A stretch of DNA of 64,000 nt from Blastocladiella emersonii ATCC 22665 (GCA_025594325.1 JANHCV010000001.1:4278001-4342000); one strand, 5' to 3'. Positions 12,207 through 24,727 are shown, counted from the first letter of the stretch. Translations and numbers: made by a program. Notes: a model not told the origin generated them from the sequence alone.

Positions 12207-12680
12207 ATGCCACGCAACCCGCAGTCCGCGCCCATCGACGAGACTTGCCGCAAAACGTTTGGCGAGCTGCTGCGCGCCATCCAGGTCCGCCTGACTGATC
12301 CGTGAGGGAGAGCTGGGAACTCATACTCGGCGCCTTGTAGCGGATCGGGACCGGCCGTGGCGCTGATGTATGTTCGCTCCTCGCAACTTCTCGACGGATG
12401 AATCCTCAACTAACTCATCGGCTGTTTAGGAACTGCAAGCAGCCATGAAGGCCTTCGCTGCGTCCGACGCGGCCCTTGACCAGCTGTCCAAGGTACGAGC
12501 TCAACGTTGCACGCTTCACGCTGCTTCTCACATCTCGAGCAGGGAGCGGCAACGGCTGCTGCAGCGTCGGCGCGCTCGAGCAAGACGCTACAGCGCACCC
12601 TGCATGCGCTCGAGAAGCTGCCGATGTCCCTTCCCGCGTCCACGACGGCTAGCACCATTGAGGAGCGACCATCAAAATAG
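12207..12680 (+). CDS. Small 4-exon helical protein (101 aa), possibly BORC subunit 7-like; not visible in the ORF track
   Basis: Exons 12207-12284, 12341-12367, 12430-12492, 12543-12680; three phase-0 GT-AG introns of 56, 62 and 50 nt give one continuous ORF. Confidence 0.65.
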
Positions 12681-12715
12681 GATATATATTCGCTACGGCT
12701 CAGTGCAAAGTCTTA

Positions 12716-14777
12716 TTACCTCCTCAAAGGCGCATGACCCTCGCCAGACACATGCCCATCGTCGTCCGCCGGAACCAGCTCCGCGTACACGCCAGCACCG
12801 CCTGGCGCAACCGCCGCGCGTCGCGGCCCGCGTTTCCGCCGTCCCGTCGCGGCGGCGGGACTCCGGATCCCGGCGTCGTGCTCCTCGGCGTCCACGTACC
12901 AGTAGACGGCGGCGAGGACGGCGTTGACGAGCGACGCGAGGCTCATGAGGACGAACAGGCGGCCCCACCCGTGCGCCTCGACGACGGACCCGACGAACTT
13001 GCCGGCGAGGATCGCGCCTATGTACCCGGAGCTGTGGACCGCGGCGACGGCGATGCCCGCATTCCCGTGGTTGGCGAGCTCAAGCGCGAAAATCCCCTCG
13101 GCCCACGACGCGGGCGCGGTCGAGAAGAGCGCGGCGAGCCCGATCAGCGCCACGGCGAGGGCGACGGTCCCGCTGGACGCGGGCGTTGCGACCGCGGTCG
13201 CGAGCGTGTGTTCCGGGTGGCCCTCGGGCGGGACGGGCGCCGAGGCTGCCTGGTGGTGCGTCGCGACGGTCGCGAACACGGACATGGTCAGGGCGGCGCA
13301 CAGGACGAGCGTCGTGTACACGACGCCGCGGCGGTGGCGCGCGACGCGGTCGATGAGAAACCCGCCGCCGACGCTCGAGACGGCGGCGAGGAGCGGGAAG
13401 GCGAGCGACACGACGCTTGCGGTGCCCTCGTCGATGGAAAAGGCCTCGTGCAGGTACACGACGACCCAGCTGTTGAAGATCTCGCGGGTCCACGTGAAGA
13501 GCGGCGACTGGAGGAGCAGCAAGAGGTACTTTGGCTGCGCGAGGAGCGTGTTGCTGGCCACGGCATCCCATGCGCGCGCGACGCGGCCCGAGTGGCGGAC
13601 CGCGGTTCCTGGTGAGGCCGAGTCGGATGTTGGCGCCCAGCCGCCGGCGGGGAGGATGGGTTTGGCGGGACTAGACGTGCGGCGAGTCGGTGACCGGGAG
13701 GTGGCAGAGCGGCGCCCGAGGGGGTGGTCGGGCGTGCGGAGCAGGATCTGCACGCACTCTTGCTTGAGCATGGTGGGCAGGCCGAGGACGGTGGGCGAGC
13801 TCTTGAGGAAGGCGATGGCGGGCGCGACGAGGGCTGTGCCGCAAAAGGCCGAGAAGAAGAAGATCTGCTGCCACGTGAAGCCGGCCGAGACGAGCTTGCC
13901 GAGAACCAGGCGGATGATGGCGTCGCCCAGCGAGTAGGAGAGCGAAGCGATGCCCATGATCTTGCCGTGCTGCATGGGCGGGAACCAGTTGCGGACGAGC
14001 GTTGTGAGGGCGGGCCTAAACGTTGGTAGGGCGGTGTGAGTGGTACTCTCGCAGTCGCATCAGGAGCTCGAGTACGGACCAGCCGCCGCTCTGGAAGACA
14101 CGATTCGCGCTCCAAATGACCGAGAAGAGCGGGATCGACGCGCTTTCGTCCGAGACAGAACCGAACGCGACGGTGCACAGGATCGACCCGAGGAGGCACG
14201 CGATGAGGATGTTGTGCCCGCCGACGCGGTCAATGAGCACGCCGTTGGCCAGCTTGCCCATGGCGTAGAATCCGTAGCCGAACGAGATGACGGAGCCAAA
14301 CTGGCCCTTGGAGATGTGCGTCGCGTGCAGCAGCGTGGGCAGGGCGACCGAGAGGTTGGTGCGGCAAAAGTAGTAGCCCGTGTAGACGGCGATGAGCAGG
14401 AGCAGCGTGATGCGCTGCCATCGCAGCAGCTCTTGGAGCACGGGGCTGCCGACCGCGGCGCGTGACGCGGACGCGAACAGCGGGAGGCACTGCGGCTCGC
14501 TCGCGCCGCCGCCGCCGCCGAGCGAGGCCGGGTCCTGCATCGGGTGGCCGAGCGCGTCGTCGTCGTCGTCCGCATCATCGTCGACGTCGGACCCGTGAGC
14601 GGCACCGAACGGGTCGCGGTGCTCGGACGGCGACTGCCGCGGCGAGGCGGGCCCCGCGACGGGCGAGCGCGGGCGCAGCACCGTGTTGAAGATGGTGGGG
14701 CCCTCGGAGTGCTCGACGTGCGCGAGGCGGCCCGCAGTCGAGACGCGCGGCGTCCCTGGTGGCGTTGAAGCGTGCAT
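12716..14777 (-). CDS. MFS transporter, organophosphate:Pi antiporter (GlpT/UhpC/SLC37) family
   Basis: YTGYYFCRTNLS, YAMGKLANGVLIDRVGG, NRVFQSGGW|PALTTLVRNWF, ~12 TMs; 1 intron. Confidence 0.88.
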
Positions 14778-14815
14778 GGCGGTCGGGGACGCGTCGCGCA
14801 AGTGCAGGCGGGTCG

Positions 14816-14851
<36 letters not shown>
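14816..14851. repeat. (GGTCGT)n hexanucleotide microsatellite upstream of the MFS gene
   Basis: About 6 tandem units read directly. Confidence 0.9.
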
Positions 14852-14852
<1 letters not shown>

Positions 14853-15171
14853 AGGAACCGGTTCAAAGTGGGCAGATCAGGCGCAGGCGCGGTTCGAGCG
14901 ATACATGGGTGCGGTGCGCAAGGTGTGCAACGGCGCTACGGGAGAGCGGCAGGGACGAGCGGGCGGGAAGGAGGAGGAAGTGGGCGTCGCGGCGCCACAG
15001 CCACACGGCCACGCGTTGAGCGCGTCACGTGCGTGGAAGCGTTCTCGCAGCCCTTGTTCTTTCGGTTCTTTCGGCCGCTGCGTTTGCTCTCTCCCCCTCC
15101 AAGCTCGCCTAGAGCGCCCATGTAACTCTGTTTATCACAAAGAGTCGCTGCAACTCGCCTCGCTGCCCGCC

Positions 15172-17336
15172 ATGCTCATCATCGGGTCCCTGCGCTTTGC
15201 GTGCGACACCTGCATCCGCGGTGCGTCATCACCGACCTCGCGCCCCGCCCACCATGCTGCGCCACCCGTGCTGAACCGCCTCCATCCGCGCACCGACTAG
15301 GCCACCGCTCGTCGTCGTGCCCGCATGCCGAACGCGACCTGTTCGAGCTGCGCAAGAAGGGCCGCCCGCGCGGCGCGTGCGACGAGTGCCGTGCAGCCGG
15401 CCGCAAGGGCGTGCCATGCACCCACCTCCCCGTCGACGCCGCCCCCGAGGCCCGCCCCGTCACCACACTGCCCACAGGGCTCCGCGTTACCTTCAACTCG
15501 GACCACTCGGCTGCCGCCTTTGACGAGCTGACGCGCAACGGCGAGTCGCTCGTCCCCTCGGCCCCGAAGCCCGCTGCTGCGTCGAAGAAGGCGGCTGCGG
15601 GCACCAAGGCGGGCAAGGGCAAGGCTGCGGCGCGCAAGGACTCGGCGTCCGCGTCCTCGTCGGTCTCGCCGCAGGCGTCGGCCAACGCCTCGCCCACACC
15701 CGTGCCGAACGAGCTCCCGGCACCGTCCGCGTGTCAGTGCAAGGCTTCCTCGGTCCCGCCCGCTGCTGCGCCTGTCGCACCTACGCAGACGCCACCGCGC
15801 TCGCACTCGCGGCAGGAGACGCCCCTGTCGCCGCTCTTCGCCAACACGTACCGGTCGCACGATCCCACGAGCGCGTCCGCCTCGCAGTACGGCTCCCCTC
15901 AGCCCATGCGCGATGTCTCCATGGAGCTCGGCAGCCCCGTTCCCGACCTCGGCGCCGGGGGCGCGAACGCTGTGCCGCTCCCGTTCGGCAATCTCTTTGC
16001 CGACTTCACCGCCTCCACCCCTGCACCTGCCGCCGGCTCCATGGCCCGCTTCGACCCGCTCTCGGTCGACGCTCTCCTCAACCCGTGCAACTGCGAGGAG
16101 CGCACCGGCCGCCGGTGCCGGTGCTGCGACGGCGGCGACGACGCCGATCCCATGCCGTGTGACTCGGCCGAGTGCTCGTGTGCGCACTCGGTGCTTGGCT
16201 CGCTGCACCTGCTCCCGCTCCAGCTCGCTTCGACGGGTGCCGGTAAGCGCGCCGGTGGATGCTGCGCGCCCAAGTCCGCTGCGTTCGCCGGTGGCGCTGC
16301 GGCGGCCGCGGCCGCGGCCGCGGCGGCAGCCGGGAACTCGCTTGATATGCTCGCCAGCGCCGCGTACCAGCCGGTGCCCGACGCTGCCGCCGTCTTCAAC
16401 CCCTTCGCGTTCAATGCCATGGCGCCTTCGGTGTCGCAGCAGCAGCAGCTCCAGCCTTCGTTCTACCCGTCCACCTCGACCTTCGCCGGACCCCTCCCGA
16501 ACATGTTCGCGTCGTCCCCGGTCGCGCTGCCGCCCATCCAGGCCCTCCCGCTCTTCGCGTCCCCGCCCCCGCAGCAGCAGCTCATGTCGTTCGTGACGCC
16601 CCTGGCCGAGCCGGTCCGCGGTGGTGGGTGCTGCAGCAGTCGCAAGTCGTCTCCGCCCGCAGGCGGGTGCTGTGCGCCGCCACCGCCGACCGCCTCGTGC
16701 TGCGCCCCGGCTCCGTCTGCCCAGTCGTCCTCGTCATGCTGCAGCCCTCCCGCGCCGCCCGTGAGCTCGTGCTGCGCTCCCGCGTCGCCCACGACCGCAT
16801 CGTGTTGCGCGCCCGCCCAGCCCGCCGCCGCCTCGTGCTGCGCTCCCCGACCCGCCGCGCCCGCCTCGTGCTGCGCACCGCAACCGAGCTCCGGATCGTG
16901 CTGCGCCCCTGCCTCCGCCCCCGCTTCCTCGTGTTGCGGCCCATCCTCGTCCGCCACCGGCGGCGGTGGGTGCTGCGGCGGCGGTCCCGGCGCGTGCATG
17001 TGCAGCGCGCGGTTGCAGGCGCCCCCGCAGCCGCTGCCGTGCTGCTGCGCGGCGTCGCCCGCGGGCGCGTGCGGGACCGGCGGGCCGTGCGAGTGCACGC
17101 TGAACAGCGCGTGTGCCGGCGAGTGCTGTTCGCGTGCGGCCAAGCGCAAGCGCGACCGGTTCGATGAAGACGAGGGGGTGATGGGCGAGGGCGAGCGGCA
17201 GCCGAGCCGTAAGGTCGCGGTGCCGCAGAACCGGCAGGCGACGTGTACGTGCGGGTGCGTCAAGCCCGCGGCCGAGTGCGGCGATTGCTCGCGCGACCTG
17301 TGTATTGATTTCTTGCTCAAGGATGATGAGCTGTGA
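15172..17336 (+). CDS. Copper-fist DNA-binding transcription factor (Ace1/Mac1/Haa1 family) with a very Cys-rich C-terminus
   Basis: MLIIGSLRFACDTCIRG|HRSSSCPHAERDLFELRKKGRP after removing intron 15221-15300; SCCAP repeats downstream. Confidence 0.92.
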
Positions 17337-17420
17337 GTTGGTGGGGTTTTGGGGTGCACGATGGTGCAAAGAGTGTGTGTATATCAAGGTAATGACACGG
17401 ATTTTGATGTTGACAACCGA

Positions 17421-18812
17421 CTACTGCGCCTTCTTCGCCTTCTCGGTTTTCGCCGCAGCCTTGACCTTGGGTTTCGTGGATGCGACGGCCGCCGGCCACA
17501 GCAGCTCGCGGAGGTTGCGCCAGAAGCCGAGGTTGTACCGGTGCCGCGGCACAGCGCCTGCGGGAGCACGCGTCGCGGCCGCGTCGTTGGTCAGGTACAG
17601 CTCGCCCGTGCTCGCGACGACGGCGTACCACGCCTCGCCGTGGTCGATGGCCCACTGCACGTCGGCCCACTTGTGGGTCTCATTCGTGGTCATGCCCAGC
17701 CACGCATTGTACCACAGATGGTGCGCGAGGAAGGCGAGGACCAGCGGGCCAACGAGCGCGAGGAACAGGGCGAGGGTCGCGAGGATCGGGTCGACGAGGA
17801 GCGCGTTCTACACACGCGTGTCAGCACGATGGCACTCGCGCTGCAGGTCGAACGCGTACCGAGAGCCCCGTGAACCAGCCGACCGGGAACCGGACGCGCT
17901 GGGTCCCCGTGGGCGTGTAGTGGTAGCCGTAGTCAAAGAACTGCGCGGTCCACCACCAGTCCGCGGGCGCGAGCTCGAGCAGGCCGTACCGCTGCATGAT
18001 GGCGGCCACTGTCCAGGCGCTCACGTAGCTCACGTACGACGAGACCCACGCGACCGAGGCGAGGAACACGATGAAGTGGCGCTGGTTGTTGCGGCCGACC
18101 GCGTTGTTGAGCCAGATGCAGAAGTGGTCGAACGACGCGATGCAGGATTTCGTCATGCTGCAGTGTTTCTGCGAACAACGACGCGTCAGCTCGAATTTAA
18201 GCGCGCAAGTGGTGCGATGAACGTACAGAGCGGGCGGGTTTCATGAAAGTGCAGGTACGGCACTCGAACGGCGCATACAGGACGTGGTCGTACTCCCACA
18301 GCGCAGCGTGGGCAGCGTGGTTGGACGCGTCGATCCGGCCCGGGTTGGACCAGCACGCCGCAAAGAAGGTGATGTACGCCATTGCGATCGAGACGAGCAC
18401 GAACGGTCTACAGCACAGTGTAAGAACGCGAGGTCCGGGCAGCCTGCAGCAGCATAACGTACTTGTGCGCGGAGGAGACGGAGACGTTCGGAATCTGGTC
18501 CCAGGCCCGCGCCATGAACATGAGTGTGCCGAGGGACACGAGCCCGAGGTAAAAGATCTGCACGAGCGGGTTGCGCTCGTAGCCGGCCCAGTGTGCGACG
18601 CGCGCGAACCAGCCAACGATCCTTGGGCCCAGCACGCGGTGCGCGACGCGTCCGAGCGCGGCAGGGACTGTCTCGGACACGAAGCGGTGCGCGCGACCGA
18701 CGACCGTGTGCCGGAACGTCTGTGACGGCCCCGCCAGCATCAGGAAGATAAACACGGCGATCAGGACCGCGACCGACCACACGAGGGCTTGTAGCAGAGG
18801 TAGTGCGTCCAT
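17421..18812 (-). CDS. SWF1: DHHC-family palmitoyltransferase, Swf1-like (DHFC variant)
   Basis: N-terminal FIFLMLAGPS...RNPLVQIFY, CRTC..KPARS|KHC...FDHFCIWLNNAVG, TTNE motif, KKAQ end; 3 introns. Confidence 0.85.
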
Positions 18813-19067
18813 GGCGGCGAGTCTAGCTAGCGATACGATGCATGGAAGGGGGTCGGTGAGGGAGGGGCGACTTCGCCGGCGTAGTCGCGGCAAAGACGTT
18901 TCAGCCGATCACCTGTTGCGTCACTCGGGCGACGCCCGCTGCGTTCCGCCTGCCGCTCCACTCGTACGTTCCGTCATGCAAGTCCTCGCAGACCCCGGAC
19001 CGGGTTCTCTCTCTCCGCGACTCGGCGCATTCCAGACTCATACACCAGGTCCCTCCGCCTGTTCAAG

Positions 19068-21755
19068 ATGCCCGGCATCGAGCGAGTCACCGAGGACCTC
19101 CTGCGGGTCTTCCGTGAGGTGCGCCTGAGCCCGCATTCCCAGGCCCTCCCGACCTGCCCTCACTCTCTCCCAACCGTGTAGCGAGTTCTGACGGACCTCC
19201 GCGTGACCATCACTACGACGACGCTGCACTCCGAGTCGCTGGAATGCCACCGCGCGCTCGTGGATCCGGCCCGCATCGACCCGCTCGTCGACCGCGCGCT
19301 CGGCCCGCTGCTGGTCCCGCTCGAGACCGCCTCGTACCTGTCTGTCGGCGTCAACACGCAGCACGCGCGGCTCGCCGACCTCAAGGCGGCCATTGAGGGC
19401 GCCTACACGGACGCGGACCGGCTCGAGGCAGCGCTCGCGCAGCTGCTCGTGACCACCGATTTTGCCGACTGCTCGCTCGCCGTCGAGGATGCGTCCGGGC
19501 TGACGGTCGTGTCGCGGCCCGCGCACAAATTCGTGCTGGCCGCGCGGTGCCCGTACTTCGCGACGCTGTTCGGGTCCGGGTTCGGCGACGCGGCGCTGCA
19601 GACCTTCAACCTGCCGCTCGACGTGTTTGCGAGCCCGGCGCTGTTCGAGAACGTGCTGTCGTTCATCTACCTCGGCCGCCTGCGCACGCCGCCCAAGGGC
19701 GCGCTGCAGCTGTTTGATCTGTACCGGTGCGCCAACTTCCTCGCCATGGACGCGCTCGAGGAGTTTATCGTGGCCGACCTGCGCGCCCTGCTGCACGGCC
19801 TGACGTGCCACTGCACCCAGTGCTCGGCGACGCTGCCGTCGGTCCTGCTCTTCTCGGACCGCATGGGGCTCGCGGATCTGCGCCGCGACGCCATCACCGT
19901 GTTCGCCGAGGCCCCGCTGCAGCTGTGGACGTCGCTCGACTTCGCCAACTTCCCGAAGCCCGTGCGCGACGCCGTGTTTGCGCAGTTCACGCTGCTCGCC
20001 GAGCGCGACGGCCACCACCTGCTGCACGCCCTCGTCACGCTCGACAACCTGCTGGACATGCTGCAGCGCCGCGTCTCGTCGGCCGCGTACGCGCCGCTCG
20101 TCGACGCCATGTCGAAGCTGCGCGACTCGCTCGTCCCGCAGCTCCTGCCCAACCTCCCCTTCATCCTCGGCACGCTCGACCGCCCGCCCGCCATGGACAT
20201 CCCCGCGCGCGTCCAGGCCCTGCAGAACCACCTGGTGCCCATGTTCAACTCGCGCAACATCGTCTTCCTCGCCTTCACCCTGCACACGCTGCACGACATG
20301 CGCCAGAGCAAGCTCACCGAGGCCCAGGAGAACAAGGACGCGGACGCCGACCTCAACGCCGAGGCCGTCGTGGCCGCCCTGCGCGAGCTCCAGGACGCGG
20401 CGTGCGACTGGTACGCGCGCCGGTGGATGAACATCCCGCTCGCCGCCCCGCGCGGCGTCTACCCCGGGTCCGACGCGTGGCGCGGATTCACCGAGTACAT
20501 GGCCGACCGCGCCGGCGTCTCCCTCGACGAGATGCAGGCGGCCGCCGGCGGGATGGGTAACGGATCGGCCGTCGGCCGGCCCGTGTCCGTGATCGGCGCG
20601 GGTGTCGTCGGGACCCGCCCGCGCGCGTCGGCCCAGCCGCGTGTCCGGTCCATGGTCATTGAAGGCGACACCGCCGACGTGCCCCTGTCGCGCGCCGGGA
20701 ACCGCCCGCGGACCACGGGTGCGACGGCCGCGAACCGCCGCGCCTCGGTGCTCCCCACATCCGAGTCGGCGGACGCTGCCGGCCCGTCGCGACGCGGCTC
20801 GATGCCCGTCGGCCTCGCGCTCGCGGCCGAGGGCGACATGGGGCTCGGCAGTATCCGCCGCCCGTCGCTCTCGCGCGCCGGCGGGATCGTGGTCGCCATG
20901 AACCGGCTGAGTACGGTGGGCGGTTCGCGGAACTCGGTCGTTGAGCCCGCGTCTTCGGCACCGACCGAGGACCGCCGCCCGTCGGTTGCCTCCAACTCGG
21001 GCAGTACCGGGTCCAGCACCAAATCGGGCGCCTCGTCGACGCGCTCTGCGCCCACGGTCGTCGGGTCGCGTACCTCTTCCACCACAAGCGGTGCACCCGC
21101 CGTTGTGCGGGAACGTCCGCGGTCCATGGTGGCTTCCACATCGCGCGCGCCCGTGGTGCGGCCGACGCGCGGGTCGTCGCTGCGCCAGGAGCACAACGCG
21201 GCGGCCGCGGCGGGGGTGCTGGCCGCGCCCGAGCCCATGGCGGCGTCGCTGCGGTCCTCGGCCAATGTACGTCCGCCTTCCTCGTCGCTCACGGCACCCA
21301 CCAAGTCGTCCGCGTCACGCCAGCGGTCCTCGACGGCGCCCAGCTCGAACAGCAGCAGCGGCGCGTCGACGCCGTCGCCCTCGTCGTCGCGGCCGACCAC
21401 GCCCACGCGGCTGCGCAGCCGGAGCCGCGGGCCGTCGCCCGTGGAGACCTCGCCCCCGACGACGACCGGCCGCCGCAAGTCTCTGACGGGCGGCAGCACC
21501 ACGTCGTCCTCGTCTACGTCGACTTCCAGCCTCGCCATCCGCCGCAGCGCGTCGCCCGGGCCCGCCATGGCGGCCGAGGGCGGGGACTACGACGCGCCGC
21601 CGCCGGTGCCACCTATCCCGACGGTCGCAGCCGCGGTGGCGCCCGAGCGCCGGCACGTTTTCTCCCGCGTCGTGCTCCAGCAGCAGGCGGCGGGCGGGAG
21701 TAGCAGCGGGACGCCGTCGCGGATTCCGCAGCCGCGCGCGACGACGCTCCGCTGA
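19068..21755 (+). CDS. BTB/POZ-domain protein with a long Ser/Thr/Arg-rich disordered tail
   Basis: FADCSLAV...AHKFVLAARCPYFATLF...FIYLG is the BTB signature; intron 19119-19180. Confidence 0.85.
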
Positions 21756-22058
21756 GCGAAGGCATTCACCATACGGACAAGTCCGGACCCTTGTCGAGAC
21801 AGAGTGTACAGCATCATATCATCATACATTCGCGCGAACCGCTTCTGCATTCCTCCCCCTTCCTCGCATCCTAAGATGACAAGTCGGCGGCGGCGCCGAT
21901 GGCGATGGTGGCGGGCTCTGCCTCCGGGCCGGCCGACCGCACCGTTCGTTCTTCGCCGCCGAGAAGTCGACCCCTCCGCTTCGCCCCTGCCTCGCGACTC
22001 ACCGTCCCGACCCCCATCGACTCGATTCACTCCTCGCAACGCCGTCCACGCAGTCACC

Positions 22059-24727
22059 ATGAAGCAGTCCAAGATGCAGAAGAAGGCCTCGCGCGCCAAC
22101 CTCACCACGAAGACGGCGACGACTGCCGCCACCGCCACCTCCGTGCCGTCGCCGGCGGGTTTCCTCGACATCCGCCAGCGCGGCAGCCCCGGGCCCGCGA
22201 CCAAGGTCAAGCTGGTCGTGCACGGGCTCGAGGGCGTCGACAGCGACACCACGCACCAGGTGTGTTTGCTGCGACGAGGAGCCGCCGCCACCGTTTGCGC
22301 TAACTCTTGATCCAACCCCAGCTCCTCGCGGCGCACCCGACCGACCTCTACGCATGGGCGCACACGGCGCTCGGGTTCGACGGCGCCTTCGAGCTCATGT
22401 GCGGCGGGATGCTGCTGCGGCGCGACCCGCTCGCGCCGATGCCGCGGCCGGCCCCGCTCGGCAGCACCGCGCCGCTGTACATTGAGCTGCTGCGGTACCA
22501 CACCGAGTCGGTGCCCGCCGACGACGAGGACGGTGCCCCCGATCCCGCGGTCCTACCTGCGGGCGCCCTGCCCGCCGCGTCGGCCGTGCCCGAGGCCGAG
22601 CAGCAGTTCCGGTTCCGCATCGAGGACGGCGCCAAGCAGTACGAGGTCGTCATGGGCGTCAAGGAGGGCACGCTGCACACGCTCATCGACATGTTCGAGA
22701 CGCTCGACGGCGACCAGCTCGCCATGGCCGTGGCCGGCGCCGACTCGCTCGACCAGGCGATCGAGACGGCGCTCGCGATCCAGGCCGCCGCCGACGACCC
22801 GACCTTATCGCTCGGCGAGTTTGGCGCCGCCGATGACGCGGCCAGCGTCGCGACCGCCGAGTCGTCGTCGTCCAACTCGCGCTCCGCTACGGGCTCGTCC
22901 GTGTCGCAACAGGACCTCGACGGGTTCTACCTCGACGGCGCCAAGAGGTCCAAGAAGAATAAGAAGAACAAGACCTCTGCCTCACGGTCGCCGTTCAACC
23001 CCGGGCTCCTGATCCAGCCCGAGGTCAAGCGGCTCATGGACCTGTTCCCGGGGTTCCCCGTCGACGCGCTCGAGTCGTGCCTCGCGCACCATGGCGGCGA
23101 CCTCGACCTCGCCGCCGACTACCTCGCCGTGAACCCGCCGCGCCGCCCGTTCGGCTGCGACGGCGCCTGCATCGATATCGGGTACCCGTGCCTCGACCAC
23201 GCCGCCTACGTCCCCGACGACGTGGTCTCCGCCATCAGCGCCAAGCCTCCCGCTGCTTCGGTTGCCGTTGCTGCTTCATCGCCGCCGTCGCCCACGCGCA
23301 CACCGGCGCCGGCGTCGGCGCAGCCGCTTCGCGGCACGTACGGCCCGCCACCCTTCGCCCCGCCCCCGCCCGGCTGCGCCGGCGAGTGCCTCGACACGCG
23401 GTTCCCGTGCACCGAGCACCTCGCGCTCGTCGCCGACGACGTCTCGTTCTCCTCCCCGGGCGCCGGCGGACCCGCCTACGCCGAGCTCGCGCAGCAGCAG
23501 CAGCAGCAGCCCGCCATCTCGCCGCGCCTCGAGCTCGAATGCACCCTCGCCGCGTGCTACCCGCACATCCCGGCCGCGCGGATCCGCGCCGTGCTCGAGG
23601 CCAACGGCGGCGACCCGAACGCCGCGGTCACCGCGCTCGAGAATGAGACGGCGGGGCCCGGTAGCCGCGCCGGGTCCGCTGACTCGCTCGCCGCGTCGCC
23701 GCCCGACTGGGTGCCCGCCGCCGCGCCGTCGGTCGCGAGCACCCGCAAGCAGCGCGCCGCGTCGGTCCCGCTCCACAAGGCCGGCGGCGGGAGTAGCGGG
23801 AGTCTCCGTCGCACCGCTAGCGGCACCACGTCGCCCGTCGGCGATGATGACGACGACGAGGAGGAGCCCGAGATCGCCGTGTTCCCGCCGCCCAAGATGC
23901 ACGCGAACCCGTTCGCCCCGCTCAAGTCGGCGGCGCCCGACGGCGACGAGTTCAAGCCCGTCACGGGCAAGAGCAACGGCAAACAGAGCGGCAACGGCGC
24001 GCGGTCGCGCAAAACGACGTGGTCCAGCATCAAGATCCCGTCGCGCGACCACCGGTCGCCGGCCGCCATCAACGCGCTGACCACGACGCTGTCGCCGCTG
24101 CCGCAGCTCGACCGCGCGACCGCCGCTAGCAGCACCCCGCGCGGCGGGTCCGTCGACGAGCTCGCGCCGGGCGCCGCCATGTCGTCGCTGCGGTCGAAAT
24201 CGGACCGCGAGCTCGAGGCGGAGCTCGAGCGCTTGCACGCGCAGCGCGGCGACCGGTTCGGCGAAGCGCATTTCGCGAGCAAGGCCGGCCGGTTCACGAC
24301 GGGCAAGGGCATGCGGCTCGGCGGCCAGGTGGCCATGTACCGCGCCGAGGAGGGGCATGCCCTCACGACCCGGATCTACGACATCGAGGACGAGATCGCC
24401 CGGCGTATGGTCCGGTCGCGCCAGGCGCAGATGCCCGCGGACCGCGCAAAGTACAGCATCGATCTCCACCTGCTCACGGTGCGCCAGGCCGAGGCCGTGG
24501 TCAAGGAGGACGTCGAGCGGTGGTGGCACGAGGAGACGCGCTACGGGAACCACCTCGAGCGCGGGAGCGGAATCCACCCGCTCACGATCGTCGTGGGTAT
24601 CGGGCTGCACTCCAAGGGCGCGTCCAAGCTCGGCCCCGCCATGGTCACGCTGCTGCGCGAGATGGGGTACCGGTTCATTGACGAGTCCAAGTCGCGCGGG
24701 CAGCTGATCGTGACGGGCGTCGTGTGA
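22059..24727 (+). CDS. CUE2: CUE-domain/DUF1771/Smr endonuclease (Cue2/N4BP2-like)
   Basis: Two CUE-like segments (LMDLFPGFPVDALESCLAHHGGDL; LAACYPHIPAARIRAVLEANGGD); Smr IDLHLLTV...LTIVVGIGLHS; 1 intron. Confidence 0.82.

Noticed and set aside
14816-14851. (GGTCGT)n and (CTTAGT)x3 at 4181-4198 as telomeric or CRISPR-like repeats
   Set aside because: Short perfect microsatellites with no spacers, in a eukaryotic context.
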